A program made the position numbers and the translations under genes. Positions 49,036-60,034 of a stretch of DNA of 64,000 nt are shown one piece after another. Source of the stretch: Bacteroidales bacterium (GTDB taxonomy: Bacteria > Bacteroidota > Bacteroidia > Bacteroidales > WCHB1-69); NCBI GenBank assembly GCA_024400875.1, contig JAKSMB010000001.1, positions 156,916 through 220,915 of the forward strand, written 5' to 3'. The notes beneath the pieces are model-generated. The model was not told the origin of the DNA and did no database searches. It saw only the letters and a program-made list of their open reading frames with translations. Within the stretch, counting starts at the first letter, position 1. Every line of letters starts with the position of its first letter.

Positions 49036-49676
49036 TAGTATTGTTGTAAATAGGGATTATGTAAACGTTCGTTGCCAATGGTGGTTGTGTCGCCGTGACC
49101 AGGATAGATTACCACGTCGTCATCCAAGGTTAGAATGCTGTCTTGAATGGATTTGATGAGTAAGTATGGGTCGCCGGTTGGCAAATCGCTGCGTCCTACG
49201 CTTCCTTCAAAGATGAGGTCGCCGCTGATGACGAACTTGTTCTTTTTATCATAAAGGCAAATGCTGCCGTCGCAATGTCCAGGGGTGTAAAATACTTGCA
49301 GCTCCTGGTTTCCATAATGAAGGATTTCACCATCCATCAGCAACATAGAAGGATGGGGCATACTGTCAACTAAAATGCCAAAGGCGGCACCGTAGGCGTA
49401 GGCCTTGTCGTAAATGGGCAGACCTGCTTCGTGCATACATACAGGCACGTGGTACTCGTTGGCACACCACGGATTACCCGCAACGTGGTCAATGTGCGGA
49501 TGCGTGTTGATGATGTACTTCACTAAAAGATTATGCTGCAAGATGTATTCCTTCAATTGCTCATCTTCGTAGGAGGCACAGTTGCCGGGATCTACAATGA
49601 TGGCATCACCTGTTTCATCGTGTAGGATGAAGGTGTTGACTTGAATAGGATTGAAATGAAAGGTTCTTATAGTCAT
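49035..49676 (-). CDS. MBL-fold metallo-hydrolase
   Basis: Chosen start is [16 protein letters not shown] at 49676, with an alternative Met at 49739. The ORF-track extension overlaps the upstream gene and was trimmed. [10 protein letters not shown] motif. The stop overlaps the folE start by 1 nt (TAATG). Confidence 0.8.
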   Translation of the reverse strand: MTIRTFHFNPIQVNTFILHDETGDAIIVDPGNCASYEDEQLKEYILQHNLLVKYIINTHPHIDHVAGNPWCANEYHVPVCMHEAGLPIYDKAYAYGAAFGILVDSMPHPSMLLMDGEILHYGNQELQVFYTPGHCDGSICLYDKKNKFVISGDLIFEGSVGRSDLPTGDPYLLIKSIQDSILTLDDDVVIYPGHGDTTTIGNERLHNPYLQQY

Positions 49677-49740
49677 ATCGTTATACGTACGATTGAGGTT
49701 TTTCATAAATTGGGAAAGTGATATCTTCTTCTTTTCCATA

Positions 49741-51060
49741 TTAGAAGGGGCGTCCGTTTGAAGGATCTTTGACATACAATTCTTTAACTTTCTGTCCGTT
49801 GCTGAAAAGTACGCTATAGTAAAGTGTGCCATCTGGTTTCCAGCAAGACCACTTGCCATCGCGGCGACGGTCTTTGAAACTGCCTTGGAAATGCTTGGCG
49901 CCGTTGTCGTAATATTCGATGAACTTGCCGCATTGAACGTCATCCACGAAGTTCTGTTCGCGGATTTTCTTTTCGTGGGCGTTGTAAAAACTCCACATAC
50001 CCTCTTTCTTGTCCATCACGTATTTTCCTTTGTTCAGGATACGGCCATTCTGAGCGTATTCTTCCCAACTGCCATTCTTCAGGTTGTCTTTGTAAGTGCC
50101 TTTGCGTGACATCTTTCCAGTTTCTTCCCAGTAATAAGTGTAGGCGCCGTTGAGCTTGCCGGCTTTATAGTTCATCACATACTTTTGCCAACCGTTGTTG
50201 TACCATCCGGTCCACGTGCCTTCCATTACCGCTTGGTGGAAGGTGCCTTGATCTTGAACTTTTCCATTTTGATAGTAAGAGATCCAAAGTCCTTCTTCCA
50301 TATTGTTTTTGAAAGAACCTTTACGTTGGAGTTTGCCGTTTTCATAGAAGGCTTGCCAAAGACCTTCGCGTTTGCCACTTTCGTAGTTTCCTTTTTTCCA
50401 TACGACGCCGTTGTCGTAGAAATATACCCACTCGCCATCTTGCAGACCCTGTTCGAAGTTGCCGGTGCTGCCTACCTCACCATTTTCAAGGTAGAAGCTC
50501 CAAATGCCTTGTTGCAAGCCGTTGGAGGTGTTGCCTTCCATATCTTTTTTGCCGTTTTTCTGCCACCAGCAAGCATAGCCGTCGAGTTCGCCCATCTTAT
50601 AGGTGCCCTCGAAGTATTTTTCACCATTGTCGAAATATTCGGTTACAGGACCGTTAACGCTATCTCTCACGTAGGTAACCTCTTTGAAGAGTTTGCCATT
50701 AGGGTGATAGAACGTCCACTTTCCAGTGCGCTTGCCATCAGCCATCTGTCCTACCGATTCCACTTGTCCGTTTTGATACCAGCTCTTGAACGGACCGCTA
50801 ACGGCGTTGTACTCTTGGTTGAGCTTGCCATCGTCGAACCAGGACTTCCATATGCCCACGCGTTGACCGTCTTTAAACTCACCTTGCGACCACTTGGTAC
50901 CGTTGTAATGATAATAGGTCCAAACACCTTCTTCCACGCCCGCTTTTTGAATACCTTGGGACATCAATTGGTTATTTTTCCAATATGTTTTAACGGTATC
51001 TTGTGCTTGTGAAATGAAAAGCGCTGATAAACAGCAAATTAATAAAGACAACTTTTGCAT
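49741..51060 (-). CDS. Secreted MORN-repeat-variant (YwqK-like) repeat protein
   Basis: Signal peptide. About 18 repeats of the form G.W..(Y/W)(Y/H).NG.....G.(F/Y)..G...G.W. Confidence 0.75.
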   Translation of the reverse strand: MQKLSLLICCLSALFISQAQDTVKTYWKNNQLMSQGIQKAGVEEGVWTYYHYNGTKWSQGEFKDGQRVGIWKSWFDDGKLNQEYNAVSGPFKSWYQNGQVESVGQMADGKRTGKWTFYHPNGKLFKEVTYVRDSVNGPVTEYFDNGEKYFEGTYKMGELDGYACWWQKNGKKDMEGNTSNGLQQGIWSFYLENGEVGSTGNFEQGLQDGEWVYFYDNGVVWKKGNYESGKREGLWQAFYENGKLQRKGSFKNNMEEGLWISYYQNGKVQDQGTFHQAVMEGTWTGWYNNGWQKYVMNYKAGKLNGAYTYYWEETGKMSRKGTYKDNLKNGSWEEYAQNGRILNKGKYVMDKKEGMWSFYNAHEKKIREQNFVDDVQCGKFIEYYDNGAKHFQGSFKDRRRDGKWSCWKPDGTLYYSVLFSNGQKVKELYVKDPSNGRPF

Positions 51061-51162
51061 AGTTCTATTTTTTTAGAAACAGCAAAATTACAAGATTTTT
51101 TGAAATAAAATAAAACAGCCTCAAACAGTCGTGATTCAACCCTTATTGGCTATGTTTGTGGT

Positions 51163-52515
51163 TTATCCAACTATCCCGGAGATAAGGATGATGAGTAATG
51201 CTAATGGTGCGATGTATCTTAAAATCAGATAGTAAAGATTGAACGCACGCACTTTTAGTTTTCCTCCATTGGAGAGTTCGTCTTTGACTTCAACTTTGGG
51301 ATAGAACCAACCTAAGAAAATAGTCATCAGCAAGGCGCCAATAGGCATTAGGTAGGAGGCTGTAAGGAAGTCGAAAAGTTCGAAGATGGTGCGATCAAGG
51401 AGATGAAATTCTTTTAAAGGACCAAACGATAAAGTACAGATGGATCCGATAATGAACACTGCCAGTGTGCTGATGATGGAGGAGGTTTTCCTCTTCCAGT
51501 GTAATTCTTCAACGCCGAAGGCCACCAAAATCTCGAGAAGGGAGATGGTGGAGGTGAGGGCGGCGATGCTTAACAGGAGGAAGAAGATGATCGCAAATAG
51601 GTTGCCTGCAGGCATACTGTTGAAGACATTAGGCAGAACGATGTATACCAGCTCGGGACCACTGGCGGGGTTCATACCGAAGGCGAACACCGCAGGGAAG
51701 ATAACAGCACCCGCTAACAGAGCCACAAACGTGTCGCAGGCGGCAATCCATGCGCTGGTTTTGAACAGTTTGTCGCTTTTTTGAATGTAGGAACCGTAGG
51801 TGACCATACATCCCATACCCAAGCTAAGGGAGAAGAACGACTGCCCCAATGCAGCCAGCATACAGTGACTGTCGATTTTGCTAAAGTCGGGTTTTAGGAG
51901 AAAAGTCAGGCCTTGGGACGCACCGCTGAGGGTGAGCGAACGTACACACATAGCAATCAGCAGTATGAAGAGGGCTGGCATCAAAATCTTGGATATTTTT
52001 TCGATGCCTTTTTGTACGCCCATTGTCACCACGGCACCGGTGAGAATTAAAAACAGGAACTGGCTTGCCAAGGGCCACCACGTGCCTTGCGTGAAGTTGG
52101 TGAAGGTTTGGGTGATGGCTTGCGTGTCTTTGCCGGCGAGTTTGCCACCGCAGGCTAACATCAGGTAGTTTAGCGTCCATCCGGCCACAACACTGTAGAA
52201 TGCGTAGATTAGTAAACCACCAAGTATGGATAAAATGCCTAAGATCAGCCATCCTTTTTGATTGGGTGCGAGTTTGCGGTAGGCACCAACAGCATTGCTT
52301 TGAGAACGTCGGCCGATGATGAACTCAGTCATCATCAAAGGGATGCCGATGAGAAATACAAAGAAGATGTATATCAGCAGGAAGGCGCCACCTCCATTTT
52401 GGCCGAGCATATAGGGGAAACGCCAGATGTTGCCCAAGCCGACAGCGCCGCCGGCTGCTGCTAAAATTGCCCCAATGTTGGAAGTGAAGCCTCGAGAGTT
52501 GTTAATGTCTGCCAT
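51163..52515 (-). CDS. Neurotransmitter:sodium symporter (NSS/SNF) family transporter
   Basis: Start MADINNSRGF at 52515; the ORF-track extension was trimmed. G.AVGLGNIWRFPY signature. Polytopic hydrophobic profile. Confidence 0.88.
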   Translation of the reverse strand: MADINNSRGFTSNIGAILAAAGGAVGLGNIWRFPYMLGQNGGGAFLLIYIFFVFLIGIPLMMTEFIIGRRSQSNAVGAYRKLAPNQKGWLILGILSILGGLLIYAFYSVVAGWTLNYLMLACGGKLAGKDTQAITQTFTNFTQGTWWPLASQFLFLILTGAVVTMGVQKGIEKISKILMPALFILLIAMCVRSLTLSGASQGLTFLLKPDFSKIDSHCMLAALGQSFFSLSLGMGCMVTYGSYIQKSDKLFKTSAWIAACDTFVALLAGAVIFPAVFAFGMNPASGPELVYIVLPNVFNSMPAGNLFAIIFFLLLSIAALTSTISLLEILVAFGVEELHWKRKTSSIISTLAVFIIGSICTLSFGPLKEFHLLDRTIFELFDFLTASYLMPIGALLMTIFLGWFYPKVEVKDELSNGGKLKVRAFNLYYLILRYIAPLALLIILISGIVG

Positions 52516-52574
52516 AGTGAGATTTTTGAAGTGCAAAAGTACAAAGAAAAAAACAGCAGGCGGCAACAAGCGAA

Positions 52575-53513
52575 TTATTTCATTCGTACATTTTGGTAGA
52601 TTTTCACATAGTCGATATCCAAGGAGGCGGGAAAGGTAGTGTTGGCATTGGGGGCGTGTGCGCGTCGGATACCTCCGCCCTCTTGCGAGAGAGCTAAATT
52701 CAATATCAACGTAACCTCTTCTTCGGGGAATAGTGGATTTTGCCAATATTGGCCAGGTGTAAGTTGCTCTATGCTATCAATATAAACACCTTGCGCATTT
52801 TTGTATTTGTAGTCGATACGTACTATTTCATCATCTATGCGAAATAACATTTTGCATTTGTCCCATTCTAAGGAATAGGTATGAAAATCTTTGGAGTAGT
52901 CGATGCGTCGGCGGGGGATAGAAGAGGAGTCGATGCGTGTTTTTTGTGAGCACCAATAGTGCGTGTTCAATTGGGGGCGCCGTGGCTGGTCGCCACGGAA
53001 CTCAAAGACGTCGATTTCGTTGTGTGAGCCAAAAAACCAGAAGGCGGGCCAGAAACCGCGACCCTTGGGTACTTTGCATCGTACTTCGAATTTACCATAT
53101 TGATATTTGTCGCGGGTTTGAATCCAAGCGGAGGAGTAGTCAAAGCGACGGGTGTTGGTGAGCGCTTTGCCCGAAGCATCATAGTCACGGATCTCGTATG
53201 TTCCTGTTTCTTGTTTGGCGGTTAGGTGTAAGATTCCATCCTTGATGAGAATGTTTTCATCGAGGTAATATTGCAGTTCGTGGCCGTGATGTCGTTGCCA
53301 CCCGTTAGGGCAGGTGTACCAGACGTCGGTATCGAGAGAAGCGTTGTCGAAAGTCTCTTCGTAGAGGAGAGTCCAGTTGTAGGAGTCGTTGTTTTTAAGA
53401 GGGGTGCTATTGATGGATATGGGAGTCCAGGCTCGACTGCACGTCGAGTTCTCTTGGGGGTATGCCTGGGTGGAAAGCAGGAGCAGGAAGAATAGGGTGA
53501 GGAGCTTTTTCAT
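52575..53513 (-). CDS. Glycoside hydrolase family 16 (beta-glucanase-like)
   Basis: Start MKKLLTLFFLLLLSTQAYPQ at 53513. Catalytic motif E-I-D-V-F-E in NEIDVFEF. Confidence 0.85.
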   Translation of the reverse strand: MKKLLTLFFLLLLSTQAYPQENSTCSRAWTPISINSTPLKNNDSYNWTLLYEETFDNASLDTDVWYTCPNGWQRHHGHELQYYLDENILIKDGILHLTAKQETGTYEIRDYDASGKALTNTRRFDYSSAWIQTRDKYQYGKFEVRCKVPKGRGFWPAFWFFGSHNEIDVFEFRGDQPRRPQLNTHYWCSQKTRIDSSSIPRRRIDYSKDFHTYSLEWDKCKMLFRIDDEIVRIDYKYKNAQGVYIDSIEQLTPGQYWQNPLFPEEEVTLILNLALSQEGGGIRRAHAPNANTTFPASLDIDYVKIYQNVRMK

Positions 53514-53518
53514 AGGGG

Positions 53519-54322
53519 TTAGAAGCGTCCACCAGCGCCGCCGCCACCGAAGCCGCCGCTGCCGCCAAAGCCGCCGAAACCACCTCCGCTGAAGCCGCCG
53601 CCACTCCACGAGCTGCCGCCACTGCCCCAGTCGCCGCCAAAGAATGGACCGTAAACGGGGTTTCCACTTCCGCTACCGGAATTATGCGAACCACCGCCTG
53701 ACTTTTTGCCGACACTGAATAACAGTGCTATAATTATGATAATCAAAAAGATGAAGACAGCCACAACAATCTCAAATCCGGAGATGTCATCGTTGTCATC
53801 CAGCGCATCGGGGTTGATTTCGCCGGCCGCTAAGGGAAGAATGTAGGCCAGGGCAGAGTCGATGGCCGTAGTATAGCGACCTTCCTTCAGTTCGGGGATC
53901 ATCTTCTTTTCGATGATGCGTTTGGCGATGGCGTCGGGGATGGCCCCTTCGAGGTCATAACCCACGGAGATATACACATCGCCGTCGCCGTGCCCGGTGC
54001 TGGGCTTGATGAGGATGACCACGCCGTTGCGTTTGTCTTTGGAACGCACGCCCCAGCGGTCGCCAATCTCGTAGGCGAACTGCGCCGCCGAGTAGTTCCC
54101 CAAGTCGTTCACGGTCACCACGCAGATGACGTTGGTGGTGCTGTCGTTGAAGTCCACCAACTGTCGTTCCATCCTCTGAATGTCAGCAGCATCCATCACC
54201 CCGGCAAAGTCGTTGACCAACCGTGGCGGATTGGGAACAGGTGGTATTACGTCGGATTTGCTTTTAGAAAATCCGAAGCATACGACGCTGACAAAAAAGA
54301 GAAACAGCGTGAGTTTTTTCAT
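53519..54322 (-). CDS. TPM-domain (YgcG-like) protein with a TM helix and Gly-rich tail
   Basis: Signal peptide. The TPM-like region reads (V)NDFAGV(M)...........L..F.....(N)(V)(I)(C)VVTV. A C-terminal TM segment is followed by a GGGFGG-rich tail. Confidence 0.75.
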   Translation of the reverse strand: MKKLTLFLFFVSVVCFGFSKSKSDVIPPVPNPPRLVNDFAGVMDAADIQRMERQLVDFNDSTTNVICVVTVNDLGNYSAAQFAYEIGDRWGVRSKDKRNGVVILIKPSTGHGDGDVYISVGYDLEGAIPDAIAKRIIEKKMIPELKEGRYTTAIDSALAYILPLAAGEINPDALDDNDDISGFEIVVAVFIFLIIIIIALLFSVGKKSGGGSHNSGSGSGNPVYGPFFGGDWGSGGSSWSGGGFSGGGFGGFGGSGGFGGGGAGGRF

Positions 54323-54333
54323 CTATGTATCGA

Positions 54334-54933
54334 TTAGTCGAAGTTGAATTCAACGGAAGGAGCGTTTTCAGCACCTGCTGTTGCTTTGAAGTACCCCTTT
54401 TTGTCGAAGTTGAACATGCCAGCAAGGATGTTGTTCGGGAATTTACGGATCAAAGAGTTGTATTCGTTAACTGCTGTGTTGAAGTTGTTGCGCTCAACAG
54501 CGATGCGGTTTTCTGTGCCTTCCAATTGTGCTTGCAATTCCAGGAAGTTCTGGTTGGCTTTCAATTCTGGATAACGCTCAACGGTAACCATCATTCGGCT
54601 CAAAGCACCGCTCAACTGATCTTGAGCAGCTTGGAATTTTGCGATGGATTCTTCACTCAAGTTGTTGGCGTCCACCTGTACGGAAGTGGCTTTTGCTCGT
54701 GCTTCGATGACTTCAGTCAAGGTTCCCTTTTCATATTGGGCAGCTCCTTGTACGGTTTTTACCAAATTAGGAATAAGGTCCAAGCGACGTTGATATACGT
54801 TTTCAACGTTGGCCCAAGCCTTTGTACAAGCTTCGTCTTTACCAACCATTCTATTGTAAGGTGCAATGAATGAGATTAATAATAATGCAACGATAGCAAC
54901 AATTGCGATAATGGTAATAGCAGTTTTTTTCAT
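54334..54933 (-). CDS. lemA: LemA family protein
   Basis: Start MKKTAITIIAIVAIVALLL at 54933. YN.(M)V......(A)W(A)(N)VE..YQRR.DLIPNLV..V and ER(Y)PELKA motifs. Confidence 0.88.
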   Translation of the reverse strand: MKKTAITIIAIVAIVALLLISFIAPYNRMVGKDEACTKAWANVENVYQRRLDLIPNLVKTVQGAAQYEKGTLTEVIEARAKATSVQVDANNLSEESIAKFQAAQDQLSGALSRMMVTVERYPELKANQNFLELQAQLEGTENRIAVERNNFNTAVNEYNSLIRKFPNNILAGMFNFDKKGYFKATAGAENAPSVEFNFD

Positions 54934-54970
54934 ATTCGTGTTTTTTTTACTTGCATAATAATTGAGGTTG

Positions 54971-54978
54971 CAAACATA
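54971..54978 (-). promoter_or_regulatory. -7 promoter box TATGTTTG (lemA operon)
   Basis: The minus strand reads gtgTATGTTTGcaacc, about 38 nt upstream of the ATG at 54933. Confidence 0.5.
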
Positions 54979-54986
54979 CACTTTTT

Positions 54987-55054
54987 AGTGAAAAGTGAGA
55001 AGTGAAGAATGAATAGTGAAAAGAGAGTTAATGGCCAATGGCTAATGGTTAGTG
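54987..55054. repeat. Low-complexity purine-rich word-repeat patch
   Basis: agtgaaaagtgagaagtgaagaatgaatagtgaaaagagagttaatggccaatggctaatggttagtg. It shares ctaatggccaa(c/t)ggctaa with 8101-8127. Confidence 0.7.
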
Positions 55055-55077
55055 TATAACGTTTTCGTCCTTTTTTG

Positions 55078-55085
55078 TATCTTTG
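55078..55085 (+). promoter_or_regulatory. -7 promoter box TATCTTTG (metG)
   Basis: The context is tatctttgccgcc, 28 nt upstream of the ATG at 55113. Confidence 0.55.
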
Positions 55086-55112
55086 CCGCCTTTATTGAAA
55101 ATTATCATTAAT

Positions 55113-57161
55113 ATGGAAAATATTGCACGTTACACGATTACTTCGGCGCTGCCATACGCAAACGGACCTGTTCATATCGGTCACTTGGCAGGCGTTTATA
55201 TCCCTGCGGATATCTATGCTCGTTATTTGAGAAACAATGGTAAGGATGTTCTTTTCATCGGAGGTTCCGACGAACACGGCGTTCCTATCACAATCAAAGC
55301 TCGCAAGGAGGGTGTTACGCCACAGGACATCGTGGATCGTTATCACAATATCATCAAGAAGTCATTCGAAGATTTGGGCATCTCTTTTGATGTTTATTCC
55401 CGCACATCGAATGCAACGCACCACGAAACCGCTGCTGCCTATTTCAAGAAGTTGTATGAAGAGGGCAAGTTGATAGAGAAGGTGTCACAACAATATTATG
55501 ATGAGGAGGCTAAGCAGTTCCTTGCCGACCGTTACATAACCGGTACCTGTCCTCATTGCAAAAACGAGCACGCATACGGCGATCAGTGTGAGGCTTGCGG
55601 CACTTCTTTGAATGCTACCGACCTTATTGATCCAAAGTCTGCTTTGAGCGGCAGTACTCCTGTGTTGAAGGAAACAAAACACTGGTATCTTCCATTGGAT
55701 CAATATGATCCATGGCTTCGTGAGTGGATTCTCAAAGGCCATAAGGAAGATTGGCGTCCTACCGTTTACGGACAATGCAAATCATGGATTGAACAAGGTT
55801 TGCAACCACGCGCCGTCACCCGCGACTTAAGTTGGGGTGTGCAGGTTCCTTTGGAAAATGCAGAGGGTAAGGTGCTCTACGTTTGGTTTGATGCGCCTAT
55901 CGGTTATATCTCTGCCACAAAAGAATGGGCTAAAGAAAAGGGTGCTGAATGGGAAAAATGGTGGAAGAACGACGATACCAAGTTGGTACACTTTATTGGT
56001 AAGGACAACATCGTGTTCCACTGCATCATCTTCCCTTGCATGTTGAAGGCAGACGGTTCTTATATTTTGCCAGACAATGTGCCGGCTAATGAATTCCTGA
56101 ATCTGGAAGGAAACAAGATTTCTACCTCTCGCAATTGGGCCGTTTGGGCGCACGAGTATGTGGCTGACTTTCCAGGCAAGCAAGATGTGTTGCGTTATAC
56201 GTTAACCTCTATCGCTCCCGAAACCAAGGATGCCGACTTTACCTGGTCTGATTTCCAGGCACGCAACAACAACGAGTTGCTGGCAATCTTCGGCAACTTT
56301 GTGAATAGAACGGTAGTGCTGACACATAAATATTATGGCGGTATCGTACCTGACCATGGTGAATATTCAGACTATGAGAAGGAGATTATTGCTAAGATGG
56401 CTGAATATCCAAAAATTATTGGGGATTCTATTGAACAATATCGCTTCCGTGAGGCGTTGCAAGAACTGATGAATCTTGCACGTATCGGTAACAAGTATCT
56501 TACCGATACCGAACCTTGGAAAAAACAAAAGGAGGATCCTGAAGCCGTTAAGACTATCTTGCACCTCTCTTTGCAGATTTGCGCATCACTCTCCGTCTTG
56601 TGCGAACCTTTCTTGCCATTCACCGCACAGAAGTTGCAAAACATCTTAAATATCAATACAAAAGTATGGCAAGATGGAGGTCGTGCCGACTTGCTGACCG
56701 CTGGCAGCCAGTTGAACCCAGCCGAGTACCTATTTGAGAAGATTGAAGATGAGGTGGTGGCTCAACAAATCCAGAAGTTGGAAGATACCAAGAAGGCCAA
56801 CGAGATTGCCAATATGGAAGCAACGCCTGCAAAAGAGGATGTTACGTTCGATGATTTCCAGAAAATGGATCTTAGAGTGGTAACTGTGCTGGAAGCTGAA
56901 AAGGTGGCTAAAACGAAGAAACTGCTCAAACTGAAAGTGAACACGGGTGTGGATGCTCGTGAGATCGTTTCCGGTATTGCTGAATACTATGATCCAAAGG
57001 ATTTGGTTGGACAGCAGGTTTTGATGCTGATCAATTTGGCACCGAAGAATATCAAGGGCGTTGAATCGCACGGTATGGTGCTGATGGCTGAAAATGCAGA
57101 TGGCTCTTTATCTGTAATGCAACCTCAAAAACCTTTGAAAGAAGGAAGCACCGTAAAATAA
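55113..57161 (+). CDS. metG: Methionine--tRNA ligase with a C-terminal tRNA-binding (Trbp111-like) domain
   Basis: Start [24 protein letters not shown] (HIGH motif). Zinc knuckles CPHC..CEAC. KISTS (KMSKS-type motif). C-terminal OB-fold region. Confidence 0.97.
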   Translation: MENIARYTITSALPYANGPVHIGHLAGVYIPADIYARYLRNNGKDVLFIGGSDEHGVPITIKARKEGVTPQDIVDRYHNIIKKSFEDLGISFDVYSRTSNATHHETAAAYFKKLYEEGKLIEKVSQQYYDEEAKQFLADRYITGTCPHCKNEHAYGDQCEACGTSLNATDLIDPKSALSGSTPVLKETKHWYLPLDQYDPWLREWILKGHKEDWRPTVYGQCKSWIEQGLQPRAVTRDLSWGVQVPLENAEGKVLYVWFDAPIGYISATKEWAKEKGAEWEKWWKNDDTKLVHFIGKDNIVFHCIIFPCMLKADGSYILPDNVPANEFLNLEGNKISTSRNWAVWAHEYVADFPGKQDVLRYTLTSIAPETKDADFTWSDFQARNNNELLAIFGNFVNRTVVLTHKYYGGIVPDHGEYSDYEKEIIAKMAEYPKIIGDSIEQYRFREALQELMNLARIGNKYLTDTEPWKKQKEDPEAVKTILHLSLQICASLSVLCEPFLPFTAQKLQNILNINTKVWQDGGRADLLTAGSQLNPAEYLFEKIEDEVVAQQIQKLEDTKKANEIANMEATPAKEDVTFDDFQKMDLRVVTVLEAEKVAKTKKLLKLKVNTGVDAREIVSGIAEYYDPKDLVGQQVLMLINLAPKNIKGVESHGMVLMAENADGSLSVMQPQKPLKEGSTVK

Positions 57162-57177
57162 TCGGTGTGAATATAAA

Positions 57178-57219
57178 ACAAAGGAGGGTTGTGAACCATG
57201 GTTCGCAACCCTCCTTTGT
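57178..57219. terminator. Long hairpin terminator after metG (potentially bidirectional)
   Basis: aaaggagggttg-(tgaaccatggttcg)-caaccctccttt forms a 12-bp outer stem plus an inner gaacc/ggttc stem. It is followed by GTTTATT. Confidence 0.75.
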
Positions 57220-57260
57220 TTATTGTAAATTATTACTGTCCGGTAAAAAATTAGATATGT

Positions 57261-57295
57261 AAAAAAAAAGGCTGACTTCATTTGTGAAATCAGCC
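57261..57295 (-). terminator. Rho-independent terminator of the T9SS type-B cargo gene
   Basis: ggctgacttca-tttg-tgaaatcagcc is flanked by A9 on the + strand, which is a T9 run after the stem on the minus strand. Confidence 0.8.
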
Positions 57296-57346
57296 CTTTT
57301 CTTACCAACTAAATTTTTATCTTTCGTCCTTTAACCTTTCGCTCTT

Positions 57347-60010
57347 TTACCTTACAATGGTAATAGAGCCGTGGTACTTGGTTTCTTTGTAGTGTCCTTT
57401 GTAATAGAAAGAGTAGTAGTAAACGCCGTCGGCGTGGCCGTCGCCAGTGAACGGGTTAGTGCCTAAAAATACCTGTCCATCTTTTTCGTAAGTATCGTAA
57501 TCTTTGGCGTGGAAGACCTGTTTGCCCCAGCGGTCGTAGATGAACAACTCATTGGTGCGGTAGTTGTCAGGATCTTCAGGGTTGATGTCCGGATTGAGAT
57601 TTCCAATATAGAAAGCATCGTTGATGCCGTCACCGTTCGGGGTGATGACGTTCGGGAATACCAGGTCGGCATCCACGATGACGATGTGGCTGATTTCAGC
57701 ACCACAGCCTTCAGCAGTGTTTACTGTCAAGGTAGCAATGTAGTCGCCCCATGTGGTATAGGTATGGGTTGGATGAATTTCGTTCTCTTGGGCGCCATCG
57801 CCAAAATCCCAGGTAATTGTAACGGTAGGATTGCCTTCCACGCCTTCAGAGAAGTAAGGGATAAATTCAACATCAGCACCATTGCCGGAGATAAAGGCTA
57901 TTTCAGGGTTTGCAGCAAAGTCAACGCTGGGTTGTAAATAACTGCTGATCAACTGATACTTGGTTAGGGAGTCAACGCAGCCCTTGTCGGTTTGTGCCCA
58001 CAATTTGACAGTGTAGGTGCCAGCTTCTTCCAGATCAAGGGTTGTGCTGGAATCAACGGACTGGTAAATCAGCGTACCCTCTTCGTCCCAAACGGACCAC
58101 AAATAGGTGAAGTTGTTTGGTTCGGGTTGTGTTTGATTGATGAGGTTCACGTGAAGTGGTGCGCAGCCGGATTTGGGTTCGGCATCAAAATCTACACGTG
58201 GTTGGGGGTTGAAGGTTACGTGGATGGTGTCGGAATTCTCGCAGGCACCTGCCGTACCTTGGTTTACGATGGCAACATTTAAGATGTAGTCACCCTCAGA
58301 TACGACCAATATGTCTGGAGTGGTGTCGCCCGTGTTCCATAAATAGTTCACGTTAGCGTAGTTGTAGTTGGATTCAATAACGCCCATTTCACCGTGGCAG
58401 TATTCAATGTCAGGACCCAAGTTAGGTTTTGGGGCGTGAATGATTTGGATATAGATGCTGTCGTTTACCCAGGTGCCGTCGCAGCCAACAACGCTATGTC
58501 CGGTTACGCAATACCAACCTGTGTCGGCAGGAGAGATGTCGTTTAGGATAAATGGTTCCTGCGTGAGCGTGTCACCCGAAGGGGTGATTAAATGGACAGT
58601 ATCAATGTCGCGTGTCTGATATTCAAATTCGATGTTGTCGTGGGCACAGTACTTGTCGTTCATCATAAAACGAATGGTACCATTGGAGTTGTAGCCGCTG
58701 AAAAATCCCAATGAAGACGACATGCCAGTGTAGTAGTCCAAGATACCTAAGTGGAACATACCTTGGTCGTTGGATAGCTTCATAACGGTTTGCACGGGGA
58801 TAGAACTGGAGAAGTCCTTGTATGCATACGACCAAGTGGGGTCGTAAGGCAGCATTGTAAAGTCGCTGGCTTGCAATGCCGTGGTGGAGTTATTTAGCGT
58901 AAAGTGTCCAATGTCAGACGTATGACACAGCACGGATAATTTCAAGTGCGTAGAGTATGACGGACGAGCGTAAACCACCTCATTGGAACCAGTACAGCCG
59001 ATAGCTGGAAGTACGGTACCACCACACTCACCATCAGAACCTGTTAATTGGAATACGAAGATAGGCTTGTCGGAAGTGATCATAGTGGCAATGGTTGGCG
59101 ACTGGTTCAGCATATAGGTATAAGACTGCCCAATGTTCAATGTTGCCGCAGGGGTGGGGTTTCCGTTGATATACACGTGTGTGTTGTTCTCGGTAGGGGA
59201 GATGGTAATACCTTCGAAGGCACGGTTGTTCCACAAGGCGATGAAAAGATCGCCGGCGTAATCTACAGGTACGATTTGCTCACCCACCAAGTCTTGTCCG
59301 GAGTATCCGGAAAAGGAGTTGCTGGCGGCAGAGTCGTCGGAAGAGTTTACTGCAATAGGCTTGTCGGAGGTGATTCGTGTATTGGTCAAGTGTGCTGATC
59401 CATTCAGGGATGCCGACTTGATACAGTAGGACTGGCCTTGGTTCAGCATGATGGTGATGGGAACACCAGCAGGCAGTCCTCCCAAAAGCGGTTGAGATGG
59501 AATGATGATAACAGAAGTGTTGTTCTCGGTGGCCACAATCTCAATACTGCTGTAGGCAGAAGGAGTGAAGGAACCGGTGTTCAAGTAATTTTCCATAGGT
59601 ACTACAAAGTTTGTACCTAATGCGTTTCGTCCTTTAAGGGTGTAGATTTCACTATTGTTGGCACCCAACTGATAATAGCAAGTGATTTTCTGGTCGGATA
59701 CGACTTTGAAACCATAGTTGCAAACGGTATTATGAGGAGCTGTTTCAACAATGCTTTCTTGTGCGGTAACGTCTAAAGCGTAATAGCTATAGGGGTTAAG
59801 ATGAACGGTTACAGGGGTAAAAGACGGGTTTGCCGGCTGGGAAATAACTACGGTTGCTGGATTAGCAAATGATGTAAAACAGAAGGTCATCGGGTTGTGT
59901 GCGTGACCGGATGTGATGTCTGGAGCCGCAAACCAAAAAAGGTCGTCAATCTGCGCAAAAGCGGAGAAAAAAGATGCGAAAAATGCAAGCAATAACCAAA
60001 TTTTCCTCAT
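57347..60010 (-). CDS. T9SS type B sorting-domain (gliding-motility C-terminal domain) surface protein with PKD-like domains
   Basis: Signal peptide MRKIWLLLAFFASFFSAFAQ. C-terminus: VFPNVITPNGDGINDAFYI......L.IYDRWGKQVF.......WDG-like ...GVYYY. PKD-like F(D/N).....GC.P..V.(F/L).N segments. Confidence 0.85.
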   Translation of the reverse strand: MRKIWLLLAFFASFFSAFAQIDDLFWFAAPDITSGHAHNPMTFCFTSFANPATVVISQPANPSFTPVTVHLNPYSYYALDVTAQESIVETAPHNTVCNYGFKVVSDQKITCYYQLGANNSEIYTLKGRNALGTNFVVPMENYLNTGSFTPSAYSSIEIVATENNTSVIIIPSQPLLGGLPAGVPITIMLNQGQSYCIKSASLNGSAHLTNTRITSDKPIAVNSSDDSAASNSFSGYSGQDLVGEQIVPVDYAGDLFIALWNNRAFEGITISPTENNTHVYINGNPTPAATLNIGQSYTYMLNQSPTIATMITSDKPIFVFQLTGSDGECGGTVLPAIGCTGSNEVVYARPSYSTHLKLSVLCHTSDIGHFTLNNSTTALQASDFTMLPYDPTWSYAYKDFSSSIPVQTVMKLSNDQGMFHLGILDYYTGMSSSLGFFSGYNSNGTIRFMMNDKYCAHDNIEFEYQTRDIDTVHLITPSGDTLTQEPFILNDISPADTGWYCVTGHSVVGCDGTWVNDSIYIQIIHAPKPNLGPDIEYCHGEMGVIESNYNYANVNYLWNTGDTTPDILVVSEGDYILNVAIVNQGTAGACENSDTIHVTFNPQPRVDFDAEPKSGCAPLHVNLINQTQPEPNNFTYLWSVWDEEGTLIYQSVDSSTTLDLEEAGTYTVKLWAQTDKGCVDSLTKYQLISSYLQPSVDFAANPEIAFISGNGADVEFIPYFSEGVEGNPTVTITWDFGDGAQENEIHPTHTYTTWGDYIATLTVNTAEGCGAEISHIVIVDADLVFPNVITPNGDGINDAFYIGNLNPDINPEDPDNYRTNELFIYDRWGKQVFHAKDYDTYEKDGQVFLGTNPFTGDGHADGVYYYSFYYKGHYKETKYHGSITIVR

Positions 60011-60034
60011 AATACACTAATTTTTAAAACGCGG

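Noticed and set aside
49677-49943. N-terminal extensions given in the ORF track for several genes: 49035..49943, 51163..52746, 52575..53609, 15431..16624, 36826, 41665, 55083, 34540 and 23409.
   Set aside because: The extensions overlap upstream genes or begin at non-ATG codons. They precede a clear signal peptide or a conserved N-terminal motif at an internal ATG, so the starts were moved accordingly.
53519-53715. Arg-rich and Ala-rich alternative frames over the Gly-rich tail of the TPM protein (53407..53715, 53389..53592), and the N-terminal extension of GH16.
   Set aside because: They are by-products of the GGC/GCC-rich repeat that encodes the Gly tail. They are not independent genes.
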